DNA of 64,000 bases from an uncultured delta proteobacterium (GCA_963729715.1 CAVSPA010000012.1:1-64000); one strand, 5' to 3'; counted from the first letter of the stretch, positions 20,613 through 31,533 are shown. Program-made: numbers and translations. Notes: generated by a model from the letters alone, not told the origin.

Positions 20613-21248
20613 ATGGATATCACGATCATGACAATAGTTGCAGGTAAATTCAGACTGTTTGCGTTTCTGATTGTATTTAGTCACGCTCTTATTGTAATTC
20701 CGACAATAGGTCTTGCTGACGAAAAATCAGACAAAGGAGAAACGTCCAGGACACCTTTAATTTCTGAGTTAGGGCTTATTTCCGGATATGGAAAAGGCTC
20801 AGTTTACGAAGGAAGCTATCAGGTGATTCCTTTTATCTTACGCATTGGGATTGATGCAAAAGTCTTCTTCTCGAGTCTAGCTGGCCATAAAGGAACTATT
20901 TCTTTAATACTTGAACCTCAATTAAATTATGTTACGGAACCTGAAAAGGACATAGAGTTTGGCATCGGTCTCGGGGTTCAGTATTCTTATCCGCTGACAG
21001 AAAGGTTCTCCCCTTATATTCTAGGCGTGGTAGGTCCCCACTATTTCAATTTGGAAACAGAGACACAAGCAAAAGGATTTATATTCTCATGCACTGCCGG
21101 CGCAGGGTCTTATTTCTTCTTCACTAAAGACATAGCCCTTAACATTGGATACAGGCTTCGCCACATGTCTAACGCGTATACCAGAACACCAAACTATGGG
21201 ATTGACAGTCATTTTGCCATCGTAGGACTGTCAATTTTCTTTAGATAA
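20613..21248 (+). CDS. Acyloxyacyl hydrolase / lipid A 3-O-deacylase (PagL-like) beta-barrel
   Basis: Signal peptide, amphipathic beta strands, the PagL-type catalytic motif YRLRHMSNA...PNYGID and an aromatic C-terminus. Confidence 0.8.
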   Translation: MDITIMTIVAGKFRLFAFLIVFSHALIVIPTIGLADEKSDKGETSRTPLISELGLISGYGKGSVYEGSYQVIPFILRIGIDAKVFFSSLAGHKGTISLILEPQLNYVTEPEKDIEFGIGLGVQYSYPLTERFSPYILGVVGPHYFNLETETQAKGFIFSCTAGAGSYFFFTKDIALNIGYRLRHMSNAYTRTPNYGIDSHFAIVGLSIFFR

Positions 21249-21420
21249 GAAAAGTCATAAATTCATGGACAGGAAGAGGAAGAAGTGGCAGAAGATGAAC
21301 ATTATGAGGACATCTACGACTGCGCGAGATTGGCGAATTAAGGTAAGGTAATCAAAAATATTTCAATTACATTAGAAAATTTATGTTACTTAAAGAAGAT
21401 TGAATCCTGCCGGAGGTAGT

Positions 21421-22854
21421 ATGAAGAATTATAGCAAGGTAGAACATATGAAGTTTTCTGTAGCGATGTTGGTTTTATTATTAAGTATGGTTACAATAGT
21501 TATGCTTTCAGGATGTGGCGACTTGTTGAGCTCCGAGACATTTACGATTTCTGGTGTGATCACATCAGGCGGCTCACCGCTCTCAGGTGTAACAGTAACT
21601 CTTTCCGGCGATGGTTCGGGGGTCGTGACTACAGATAGTCATGGTAATTATAGCTTTGATGTATCGAACTACAGCTCATACGTTATTACCCCTTCACTTG
21701 CAGCATACACCTTTAGACCGATAAACCGGAGCGCCTATATCTATGGCCTAAGTGGGAGCGGTTTCAGCTTCAGCGGTTTTGGGAGCGGTGCGGTGTCGAC
21801 GTCATATCACACCGTTTACCTTAGGAGCGACGGCACGGTCTGGACGTGGGGGTATAATAGCAATGGTCAGCTTGGTAACGGGAATACGACTAATAGTGAT
21901 ACCCCTGCGCAGCTGGGCGGACTGTCAGGCATGACAGCCGTTGCAGCAGGCTATGACCATACTGTTGCCCTGAAGAATGACGGCACGGTCTGGACGTGGG
22001 GAAGTAATAGTAATGGTCAGCTTGGTAACGGGCCTGGGCCTGATAGTCATAGCCCTGTGCAGGTGGGCGGACTGTCAGGCATGACAGCCATCGCCGCAGG
22101 CTATAGATTCACTGTCGCACTGAAAAATGACGGCACGGTCTGGACGTGGGGGTATAATAGCAATGGTCAACTTGGTAACGGTAATACGGGAACCGATAGT
22201 AATATCCCTGTGCAGGTGAGCGTAACGTCAGGACTGTCGAACGTAACAGGCGTTGCAGCAGGGTACAACCATGCAGTTGCTCTCATGAACAGCAGCGGCG
22301 GCACAGTCTGGACATGGGGAAGTAACACTAATGGGCAGCTTGGTAACGGAACTACGACTGATAGTAATATCCCGGTGCCGGTCCCTGGGTTGGCTCCCGT
22401 AATAGCCATTGCCGCAGGCAACGCATTCACTGTCGCCTTGCGGGAGGACGCGCTCAACAGCTCAGTCTGGGCATGGGGGTACAATAATGTTGGTCAGATC
22501 GGTGATGGAGCTACGACCGACGTTTGGAGCCCTGTGGAGGTAAGCGGAATGGTCGGCGCGGGCGCAATAGGCATAGCCGCAGGCTCCGACCACGCTGTCG
22601 CTATGAAGACTGATGGCACGGTCTGGACGTGGGGAGGTAATGGCAATGGTCAGCTTGGCAATGGGACTACGACAGGCAGCGTTACCCCTGTGCAAGCAAG
22701 CGGAATGTCTGGTGTCGAGGCCGTTGCTGCAGGCGTTTACGATACTGTTACTCTGAAGATCGACAGCACGGTCTGGACGTGGGGGTACAATCTCTATGGT
22801 CAGCTTGGTAACGGGACGATAATCGATAGTGATATCCCTGTGAAGGCAATGTAG
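21421..22854 (+). CDS. Lipoprotein with a carboxypeptidase-regulatory-like domain and a 7-bladed RCC1/BLIP-II propeller
   Basis: SD GGAGG, lipobox LSGC, ISG.IT..G.PL.GVTVTL...TTD..GNYSF, and seven DGTVWTWG.N.NGQLG.G repeats. Confidence 0.9.
   Translation: MKNYSKVEHMKFSVAMLVLLLSMVTIVMLSGCGDLLSSETFTISGVITSGGSPLSGVTVTLSGDGSGVVTTDSHGNYSFDVSNYSSYVITPSLAAYTFRPINRSAYIYGLSGSGFSFSGFGSGAVSTSYHTVYLRSDGTVWTWGYNSNGQLGNGNTTNSDTPAQLGGLSGMTAVAAGYDHTVALKNDGTVWTWGSNSNGQLGNGPGPDSHSPVQVGGLSGMTAIAAGYRFTVALKNDGTVWTWGYNSNGQLGNGNTGTDSNIPVQVSVTSGLSNVTGVAAGYNHAVALMNSSGGTVWTWGSNTNGQLGNGTTTDSNIPVPVPGLAPVIAIAAGNAFTVALREDALNSSVWAWGYNNVGQIGDGATTDVWSPVEVSGMVGAGAIGIAAGSDHAVAMKTDGTVWTWGGNGNGQLGNGTTTGSVTPVQASGMSGVEAVAAGVYDTVTLKIDSTVWTWGYNLYGQLGNGTIIDSDIPVKAM
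21832..22815 (+). repeat. Intragenic ~150-bp coding repeats (RCC1 blades)
   Basis: GGCACGGTCTGGACGTGGGG or close variants at 21832, 21982, 22132, 22300, ~22460, 22615 and 22765. Confidence 0.9.
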
Positions 22855-22958
22855 CCATAAACTGGAAGTATACGGGACATATTCTGAATTATCGTAGATA
22901 TCGGTAATAATTTATAATGATTTTCAGTGTTGCCCTGTTAAGCGATTGAATATTGCAT

Positions 22959-22998
22959 AATTAATGAGGAAAGAACAAATGTTTCTTCCTCATTAATT
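22959..22998. terminator. AT-rich hairpin, possible terminator
   Basis: Perfect 13-bp arms AATTAATGAGGAA / TTCCTCATTAATT downstream of the RCC1 gene. Confidence 0.5.
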
Positions 22999-23023
22999 TC
23001 TTGTCAAATACTGTTTTTCGCGT

Positions 23024-23099
23024 ATTTATGTTGTGTGATTGTAAAATCTAATGTGTAGCCGAAACGCATTTTATCAGTGACGAACTCTTTTGGCGTTTT
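23024..23099 (+). repeat. Direct repeat copy 1 (copy of the ssb upstream region)
   Basis: 67 of 71 nt identical to 25800-25870, with similarity extending about 5 nt further. Confidence 0.92.
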
Positions 23100-23435
23100 G
23101 TGGTTAAATTCCTTTGGGCAAGCTACTATCGAGAGAAAAAAGATTGTTGTGCTATGTCAGCATGAAGAAAATTTACGAACTCAAGTCGCCAGTTCCGATA
23201 ATGGGATTAGTTCATTGATAACGGGTAGAAACATGCAAAGGTGGGACAGTTCATTTTCTGTTCATATAAAATCCGGCTTTCTTCCTTGTAATAAAGTATC
23301 CAGCGATTATAACGGATATCCAACCTTTCAAACAATACTCCTCAGATTACATCAGTAAATTCCTTGCCAGAAATCTGCTATTCTTACTGTGTTTACTGCC
23401 TTGATGGTCAGTTAGGTTTTTCATCGCCATTTTTC

Positions 23436-23478
23436 TTGACATACGTAATTCCTTACATTACGATAATATCGTAAGGAA
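23436..23478 (+). promoter_or_regulatory. Sigma70 promoter with an overlapping palindromic operator for the TA pair
   Basis: TTGACA-17 bp-TACGAT; palindrome TTACGATA-A-TATCGTAA and outer arms TTCCTTAC/GTAAGGAA. Confidence 0.75.
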
Positions 23479-23502
23479 ATACATCATGAGGAGGGTGACG
23501 GT

Positions 23503-23736
23503 ATGCAATCGATTATTACGTCTAAGTATCAAACGACCATTCCAAAGGCCATTCGCGAAAATATTGGTCTTTCCGTTAAGGATGCCCTGGATTGGAAGGT
23601 GGAGAGAGGAAGAATCGTTGTTTCGCCAGTCAAGCAGAATTTCCTTAAATACCGAAACACAATTAAAACGGGTCCAGGAAACATCGCCGGTGACATTGAG
23701 GTTGCACGGAATCTCCGTGTGGAGAAATATCGGTGA
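23503..23736 (+). CDS. AbrB/MazE/SpoVT-family antitoxin
   Basis: S.ITSKYQTTIPKAIRE..GL...D.L.W motif; overlaps the PIN gene by GTGA. Confidence 0.9.
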   Translation: MQSIITSKYQTTIPKAIRENIGLSVKDALDWKVERGRIVVSPVKQNFLKYRNTIKTGPGNIAGDIEVARNLRVEKYR

Positions 23737-24143
23737 AGAAATATATCATAGATACCAATGCCTTGATTTCCTTTGTAACAGATCGGAATCCAGATCAACA
23801 GCAGAAGATTGCCCCTCTTTTTGAATCGGCAGCAAATCTGAAGGCGCTGATCCTATGCCATCAGTATGTCTTAACCGAATTCATCTATGTAATGGACAGG
23901 GTCTACCACGTCCCGAAAAAGGAGATCAGGGGGATAATTACCGATTTAGTGGATATGCCTGGTATCGAGGTTATTCATGAAATCGATTTTACTGTGGTGT
24001 TGTCCTGCTGGCCCGATCCGATCCCTGATTTCGGCGATGCTGTCATTGCCTCGGTCAGTAAAATCAGAAAATCCGCAATCGTTACATTTGACCGAAAATT
24101 TGCTAAAAACCTAAAATCACTCGGCATGAATTATTGGCTGTAA
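23733..24143 (+). CDS. vapC: PIN-domain (VapC-like) toxin
   Basis: Acidic PIN residues in IIDTNALI, LTEFIYV, DFGDAVIA and IVTFD. Confidence 0.9.
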   Translation: MKKYIIDTNALISFVTDRNPDQQQKIAPLFESAANLKALILCHQYVLTEFIYVMDRVYHVPKKEIRGIITDLVDMPGIEVIHEIDFTVVLSCWPDPIPDFGDAVIASVSKIRKSAIVTFDRKFAKNLKSLGMNYWL

Positions 24144-24442
24144 AATGTGCGCAATAGAGAGGAAAGCTCTACTGCTTAACTTTCGAAGCTTGCCGGTAAG
24201 CGACTTTCAGGGTGGAAGAAGATGATTCACCCAGGCCATATCATGAAAGAGAGGCTTTAGACTATCCGATTCATTCATATTTGCCTAAGGCGTGCTTCCT
24301 GAAACTCTCACACATCTGTTTTTCCTATTTATAATAGATTTCTTTTGCAAAGCGTGATAATCAAGTGCACGTCTCGTCTTAAACAATAGCGATTATATTC
24401 CTGATCCATTCAACCTTACATGAGAACAATATGGGCTGATTT

Positions 24443-24485
24443 CAAAAACCTCTTTTCTCTATAACGAAGAGATCGGGGTTTTTTG
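24443..24485. terminator. Imperfect hairpin with a T tract, possible terminator
   Basis: CAAAAACCTC..TCTCT / AGAGA..GGGGTTTTTTG. Confidence 0.4.
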
Positions 24486-24663
24486 TGGAGGTGAGTCTCG
24501 TGCCAAATGCATTGCTGGTTATTAGGGACAGCGACCCTTTTTTATTCGCGGTCAAGAATTAAATGGGCGCTGTTGTCCCTATTATGTGCGGGGTGAGGAC
24601 AAGCCGGTTCCGGCGGAGGCGTGAGTCAGGAGTGGAGTCAATGTCGATCAGCCACAAACCTTT

Positions 24664-24930
24664 ATGAACCCGACTTACACCGAACGACAGGGCCAGTTCC
24701 TGGCCTACATCCATCAATACAGCATCGTGAACGGTTGCGCTCCGGCTGAAGCAGACATGCAGCGGTTTTTTCAGATCACGCCGCCGAGCGTGCATTCGAT
24801 GGTGCTCACGCTGGAACGGCGGGGCTTCATTCAGCGCGTTCCTGGGCAGGCGCGCAGCATTACCCTGATCGTTTCGCCCGAATCATTGCCCCCCTTGAAA
24901 CGCGTTCAACCTGGACCATACAAACCATGA
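24664..24930 (+). CDS. Small LexA-N-terminal-like winged-helix DNA-binding protein
   Basis: T.RQ.Q.LAYI..Y....G.AP...M...F..T.PSVH.M...LERRGFI.R.PG.ARSI; no peptidase domain. Confidence 0.8.
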   Translation: MNPTYTERQGQFLAYIHQYSIVNGCAPAEADMQRFFQITPPSVHSMVLTLERRGFIQRVPGQARSITLIVSPESLPPLKRVQPGPYKP

Positions 24931-25490
24931 CAAACGCAACCAAAAAGCCTGGCGGCTGGAGCACCGTCCGCCAACACCTCACCGCCTGGGACAAGCCCGC
25001 GCTGCTCGCACTATTGAAAGACCTGTACGAAGCTGCCGGGGTGAACCGCGACTTTATCCATGCCCGCAGTAAGACCGGAGATGGCGATGGAGATGTCTTG
25101 GAAAAGTATCGGCGCAAGATCGTGGAGCAGTTCTTTCCCGCACGAGGCGATGGCAAGCTGAAGCTAGTAGAGGCGCGCAAGGCCATCCGCGACTACCGCA
25201 AGGCCACGGGCAACCTCCCCGGCACGGTGGAACTGCTGATGACCTATGTGGAGAACGGTACGAGATTCACCGCCGAGTATGGGGACATTGACGAGCGGTT
25301 CTACAGCAGCGTGGAGTCGGCGCTGGACGAACTGGCCACCCTGTTGCGCGGCAAGGCGCGGGGAATATATCCACAGTTCCGCGACCGGTTGGCGAGAGTG
25401 GAGCAGATGTCCGATGGTATCGGCTGGGGATTTCACGATTTCGTCAGAGATGTCGTCGGGCAACTGGAGGAGGAACTCGGCGGTCGGTGA
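24927..25490 (+). CDS. Helical hypothetical protein (DUF6155-like)
   Basis: GC-rich coding pattern, ATGA overlap with the HTH gene, and motif ARKAI.DY.K...YVE.GT.FT.EYGDIDE.FY.S. The family name is from recall. Confidence 0.7.
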   Translation: MTNATKKPGGWSTVRQHLTAWDKPALLALLKDLYEAAGVNRDFIHARSKTGDGDGDVLEKYRRKIVEQFFPARGDGKLKLVEARKAIRDYRKATGNLPGTVELLMTYVENGTRFTAEYGDIDERFYSSVESALDELATLLRGKARGIYPQFRDRLARVEQMSDGIGWGFHDFVRDVVGQLEEELGGR

Positions 25491-25799
25491 CTGGCACTGC
25501 GGCAGGTTTACCGCTCCCCGTGCGAGACCACATAGAGCACGCAGGGGAAATTTTAAAACCTCATCTGGCTATTCCACGTCTTAAAAAGAAGGAGTACACT
25601 TATGTAGTGCGTTAATTAATTTTCGGGGGAAAGCTGCCGCACAAACGCTTTCCCCCAAGATCTCGCTTTCAATAAAGAACGGCCTAAATCTTGGTCAAAT
25701 AGGATTCATTGATAAGTGTTAGCGGTAATCAAGACAAGACTTAATTGGGAACTGACTGTCAAGTTAAGTACAGGTTAGAACAAATAATACAGGTCAATC

Positions 25800-25875
25800 A
25801 TTTATGTTGTGCGATTGTAAAATCTAATGTATAGCCGAAATGCATTTTGTCAGTGACGAACTCTTTTGGCATTTC
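25800..25875 (+). repeat. Direct repeat copy 2 (ssb promoter/leader region)
   Basis: Matches 23024-23099 and ends 27 nt before the ssb ATG. Confidence 0.92.
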
Positions 25876-25902
25876 ACAAGAAAGAGGAAGGAGGGGGGAA
25901 TA

Positions 25903-26316
25903 ATGGTTAACAAGGCATTATTAATAGGCAGGTTGGGAGCGGATCCTGAGGTAAGATACACACCTGATGGTACTATGGTGGTCAATTTTCGTTTGGCAAC
26001 AGATCTTCAGTGGAAAGACAAGAACGGAGAAAAAATTCAGAGAACGGAATGGCACAGGATAGTAACCTATGGCAAGTTGGCCGAAATCTGCAGCAATTAT
26101 CTTTCCAAGGGGAAATTGGTATTTGTTGAAGGCCGAATTCAGACGCGTTCCTGGGAAGATAAAGACGGGGTAAAACGATCCACTACGGAGATTGTTGCGT
26201 CAAACATGCAAATGCTGGATTCAAAAGGGCAGATGCGGAGCCAGGATGCCGCCGTTGATGATCAGACGCTCGGTTCAGCAGGCTCCGAATCAGCGCCAGA
26301 CGATGTTCCTTTCTGA
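25903..26316 (+). CDS. ssb: Single-stranded DNA-binding protein
   Basis: [34 protein letters not shown] and acidic tail DDVPF; strong SD before ATG 25903. Confidence 0.98.
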   Translation: MVNKALLIGRLGADPEVRYTPDGTMVVNFRLATDLQWKDKNGEKIQRTEWHRIVTYGKLAEICSNYLSKGKLVFVEGRIQTRSWEDKDGVKRSTTEIVASNMQMLDSKGQMRSQDAAVDDQTLGSAGSESAPDDVPF

Positions 26317-26343
26317 GTTATACCTATTATAATATTGTAAATG

Positions 26344-26382
26344 AAAAAGATGTAAGCAACTAAGCTTGCATCTTTTTTTTTT
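26344..26382 (+). terminator. Rho-independent terminator of ssb, target of the group IIC intron
   Basis: AAAAAGATGTAAGC-AACTAA-GCTTGCATC followed by a poly-T tract. Confidence 0.9.
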
Positions 26383-26383
26383 G

Positions 26384-28281
<1,898 letters not shown>

Positions 28282-28310
28282 GACAGAATAAATTATTGAA
28301 GTAATTTGCA

Positions 28311-28361
28311 TTATATATAGTGCATATAATGGTAATATTGCTTATTATGTACTAAATATAA
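28311..28361. promoter_or_regulatory. Inverted repeat upstream of hipB, probable autoregulatory operator
   Basis: TTATATATAGTGCATA / TATGTACTAAATATAA (14 of 16 complementary), just upstream of TTGACA at 28372. Confidence 0.5.
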
Positions 28362-28433
28362 TTCATTGTAGTTGACATATATTAAACTATCTGTTATATA
28401 TTCCCCCAAGCATAGCTTTTTATGAGGTGAATC

Positions 28434-28760
28434 ATGGATTTCGGGAATGTGAGCGATAAGGCTATCCTGTCTGAAATCGGCGTGCGTGTTAGCCGCCAAA
28501 GGCTGAACCGTAATATCACACAGGTGGATCTTGCGAGGAGGGCGGGTGTCGCGCGCATTGTCGTCCAGCGCCTGGAAGGTGGACGCGGGTGTACCCTAGA
28601 AAACTTTGTTCGCGTTTTGCGGACGCTTGGGCTTTTGGATCAACTAGATGCTTTCCTGCCGGAAACAGGGTTGAGCCCTTTGCAGCTTGCTAAGTCCAGG
28701 GGGCGACAACGTCTGCGAGCCTTCGGCAAGCGGCAAGACCTAAAGCATGAGGAAGGATAG
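28434..28760 (+). CDS. hipB: XRE-family HTH antitoxin (HipB-like)
   Basis: R..RL.RNITQ.DLA.RAGV....V.RLE.G HTH; 2 nt upstream of hipA. Confidence 0.85.
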   Translation: MDFGNVSDKAILSEIGVRVSRQRLNRNITQVDLARRAGVARIVVQRLEGGRGCTLENFVRVLRTLGLLDQLDAFLPETGLSPLQLAKSRGRQRLRAFGKRQDLKHEEG

Positions 28761-28762
28761 CC

Positions 28763-30064
28763 ATGGCTGAACGCACACGAAGCGTCAAGGTAGCGACAGT
28801 TACCCTATGGGGGCGCAAAGTGGGTGCCGTTGCGTGGGATAACGACCGGGGCTATGGTAGCTTTGAATATGAGCCCAGCTTTGTTAACGGAGGGTTAGAA
28901 ATCGCGCCCTTGACTATGCCTCTCCGGAGTGGCGTGTTTTCGTTCCCGACGCTGAATCGCGATACCTTCCGCGGGCTACCGGGTTTGCTGGCCGATTCTC
29001 TGCCGGACACATTTGGTAATAGCATAATTGATATCTGGTTAGCCCGACAAGGGCGCAGCCCGAAAGAATTTACACCGGTAGAGAGGCTGTGTTACATGGG
29101 TGTTCGAGGTATGGGTGCGTTAGAGTTCAAGCCGGCGATCGGACGTCACGCGCGCACATCAGAGCCGATCGAGGTATCCGAACTCACGCAACTGGCGGCC
29201 GATATTCTGCGGCACCGAGCGGACTGGGCCGTAAATCTTAGAGGGACAAGAACACACGCCCTGGATACAATCATCCGCGTTGGTACGTCTGCCGGTGGGA
29301 AGCGTGCCAAAGCGGTAATTGCATGGGATCCCGAGACGCACGAGGTCCGCTCTGGACAGGTTCCGCCGCCGCCAGGCTTTGAACCGTGGATTCTCAAGTT
29401 CGATGGAGCCAATGAGGCTTCCCTAGGAGATCCTCAAGGATTTGGGCGGGTCGAATATGCTTACCACCTGATGGCGGTGGCAACCGGCATCACGATGACA
29501 GCGTGTCGTCTTCTGGAAGAGAACGGGCGGGCACATTTTATGACCCGTCGGTTTGATCGTACCGATGAAGGCGAAAAAATACATATGCAATCTTTATGCG
29601 CTCTTGCCCATTACGATTTTAATGCGGCAGGGCAATACGGCTACGAACAAGCGATGTTAGTCATCCAGCAGTTGAATCTGGGATACCCGACCATGCAAGA
29701 AATGTTCAGGCGTATGGCATTTAATGTTGTGGCTAGGAATCAGGATGATCATACACGGAATATTTCATTTCTGATGGACCAAAATGGTGTATGGCATCTT
29801 TCGGCGGCTTTTGACGTTGTATGGGCCTTTAATCCCGCCGGTAATTGGACAAACCGTCATCAAATGAGTATTAGCGGGAAGAGGGATGACTTTACAAGGC
29901 AGGATATCCTTGCCGTGGCAAAACAATATGGAATCAGAGGGGCTCAGGAAATTCTGTCTCAGGTTATTGATACGGTTGCGCACTGGCCAATGTTTGCGGA
30001 TGAAGCAAAAATACCGAAGAAGCTCATGAAGAAAATCTCACCGACACACCGTCTTAGATTATAG
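28763..30064 (+). CDS. hipA: HipA-family Ser/Thr kinase toxin
   Basis: Motifs LADSLPD.FG, GTSAGGKRAK P-loop, WILKFDG, RRFDR, NQDDHTRN and AFDV. Confidence 0.95.
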   Translation: MAERTRSVKVATVTLWGRKVGAVAWDNDRGYGSFEYEPSFVNGGLEIAPLTMPLRSGVFSFPTLNRDTFRGLPGLLADSLPDTFGNSIIDIWLARQGRSPKEFTPVERLCYMGVRGMGALEFKPAIGRHARTSEPIEVSELTQLAADILRHRADWAVNLRGTRTHALDTIIRVGTSAGGKRAKAVIAWDPETHEVRSGQVPPPPGFEPWILKFDGANEASLGDPQGFGRVEYAYHLMAVATGITMTACRLLEENGRAHFMTRRFDRTDEGEKIHMQSLCALAHYDFNAAGQYGYEQAMLVIQQLNLGYPTMQEMFRRMAFNVVARNQDDHTRNISFLMDQNGVWHLSAAFDVVWAFNPAGNWTNRHQMSISGKRDDFTRQDILAVAKQYGIRGAQEILSQVIDTVAHWPMFADEAKIPKKLMKKISPTHRLRL

Positions 30065-30352
30065 TGTCTTTAAAAAAATCGGTGTGTTGGCTGTTGATAA
30101 CCTGACTATTAAGATACCATAAATCATGTCCGTAAACTTTGCATTTCACCAAATGTAGCAGCACAAGAGTAGTGGATGCTATAACATTGCGAGCATCCCT
30201 AAAATGTAAAGATAATTTTGTAATTTCTTATGTTATATTTACATAAACTCAATATTTATGGGCAGTATATGCGAATTAATCCATTTGCAGAAAGTGGTTA
30301 TGAAAATGTTTACATTCCTATGGTAACCTTAACCTTTCTAACCTGCTCTGTT

Positions 30353-30541
30353 CTATTTCTTTTCGTCGATTTTCTTAGTGCCCTGCGCCTTGTCGTCCTC
30401 GTCTGATTCGCGGACGGATTTCTTAAAGTTCTTTATACTTTTTCCAATCGCGCCGCCGATTTCCGGAAGTTTGCCGGCGCCGAAGACGATGAGAACAATG
30501 ATGAGAATTACAATTAACTCAGGCACGCCTATTCCAAACAT
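30353..30541 (-). CDS. tatA: Twin-arginine translocase TatA
   Basis: MFGIG.PEL...[20 protein letters not shown]. Confidence 0.95.
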   Translation of the reverse strand: MFGIGVPELIVILIIVLIVFGAGKLPEIGGAIGKSIKNFKKSVRESDEDDKAQGTKKIDEKK

Positions 30542-30612
30542 ATTTACGTGACCTCATTTGATGATGATTATCAATTCTAAAGCACCAGGACGCCGTTCTC
30601 AAACCTATAATA

Positions 30613-31533
30613 TTAGGGGAGCGTTAAGTGCACAACTTGGCCTTCTTTACCCAGATTGCCGAGAGATTTTCCTTGAAATGTAATGTCGATACCGCCTGCG
30701 TTGCCGACAACAACAGTAAAGCGCGACGCTTCTCTCTCTACTTTTTCACCGGGTTGCAGCAAAATTTCATACGGTTGATTATTATCTGCAGTGATTTTTA
30801 GCCATGTCATTTCTCTGGCTTCCATGGTTATCTTATGTGTTTCGGCCGTGTCGCCTGGGTTTTCACTGATTTCCTCAGAAGGTGTTACCTGTTTTACCTT
30901 CTCCTTCTCTTGAGTTTCGCGGGGGGCTGGTTGCGCCTGCGACAGAGGAGCGATTGGTTGGGCATCTGCTTCTTGAGGTTTTGCAGCAGCGTTTGTCTGA
31001 ACCTGAGCTTCACTCTTGGGGACTTTTCCAATATCATCGGTTGTTTTTAAACCGGTTGATTTGTATTCCTGTTCGGGAATTTGATTTTTCACGACGTCGA
31101 TTGCTGTTTCATATGGAGATAACGAGAAAGTGACAAAACCAACGATAATAATAATCAATACTGCCCACAGGAAAGCCTTGTAGAACAGCCTTGCAGACTT
31201 AGGGATTTCTTTGATTTTTACATCCCGGTGAGTCGGATTGAGTGTTTCCAAGTATTTATCATAACGACTGAGAATTACATTGCTGTCGATGCCAACAGTC
31301 TTTGCATATGTTTTTATGAAGGACCTCGTAAAAACGGGCGGCGGCAGCAGATGAAATTCTCCATTTTCAATGGCTGCAAGAGTGGCTACACTGATCCGGG
31401 TACGTTCGAAAATGTCCCTTAATGTGAGCCCTTTGGATTCCCTGATGGATTTGGGATCGTATTCTGCAATACCGAAGCCTTGGTAGGGTTTTGGCGAAGA
31501 CCCCGTGTGTTTTATCGTATCAACCATGTTCAA
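30613..31533 (-). CDS. rodZ: RodZ-like protein (HTH, TM, DUF4115)
   Basis: RESKGLTL..I...TRIS...L.AIE.G...F.RSFIKTYAK, one TM, and C-terminal TWL.I..D...GNAGGI....G..LG.LG..G.V. Confidence 0.85.
   Translation of the reverse strand: MNMVDTIKHTGSSPKPYQGFGIAEYDPKSIRESKGLTLRDIFERTRISVATLAAIENGEFHLLPPPVFTRSFIKTYAKTVGIDSNVILSRYDKYLETLNPTHRDVKIKEIPKSARLFYKAFLWAVLIIIIVGFVTFSLSPYETAIDVVKNQIPEQEYKSTGLKTTDDIGKVPKSEAQVQTNAAAKPQEADAQPIAPLSQAQPAPRETQEKEKVKQVTPSEEISENPGDTAETHKITMEAREMTWLKITADNNQPYEILLQPGEKVEREASRFTVVVGNAGGIDITFQGKSLGNLGKEGQVVHLTLP

Noticed and set aside
21832..22815. Periodic repeats as a CRISPR array or a DGR template/variable pair
   Set aside because: They are in-frame coding repeats of about 150 nt, there are no cas genes, and the only RT is a typical group II intron protein inside its own intron.
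23411..24180. GTTAGGT before and GCTTAAC after the TA pair, suggesting an integron cassette
   Set aside because: No attC hairpin or downstream core site follows 24180, and 7-mers like these occur by chance.
25625..25656. Hairpin GGGGGAAAGC/GCTTTCCCCC as an ncRNA
   Set aside because: An isolated stem that fits a minus-strand terminator or simple palindrome; I recognised no RNA family.
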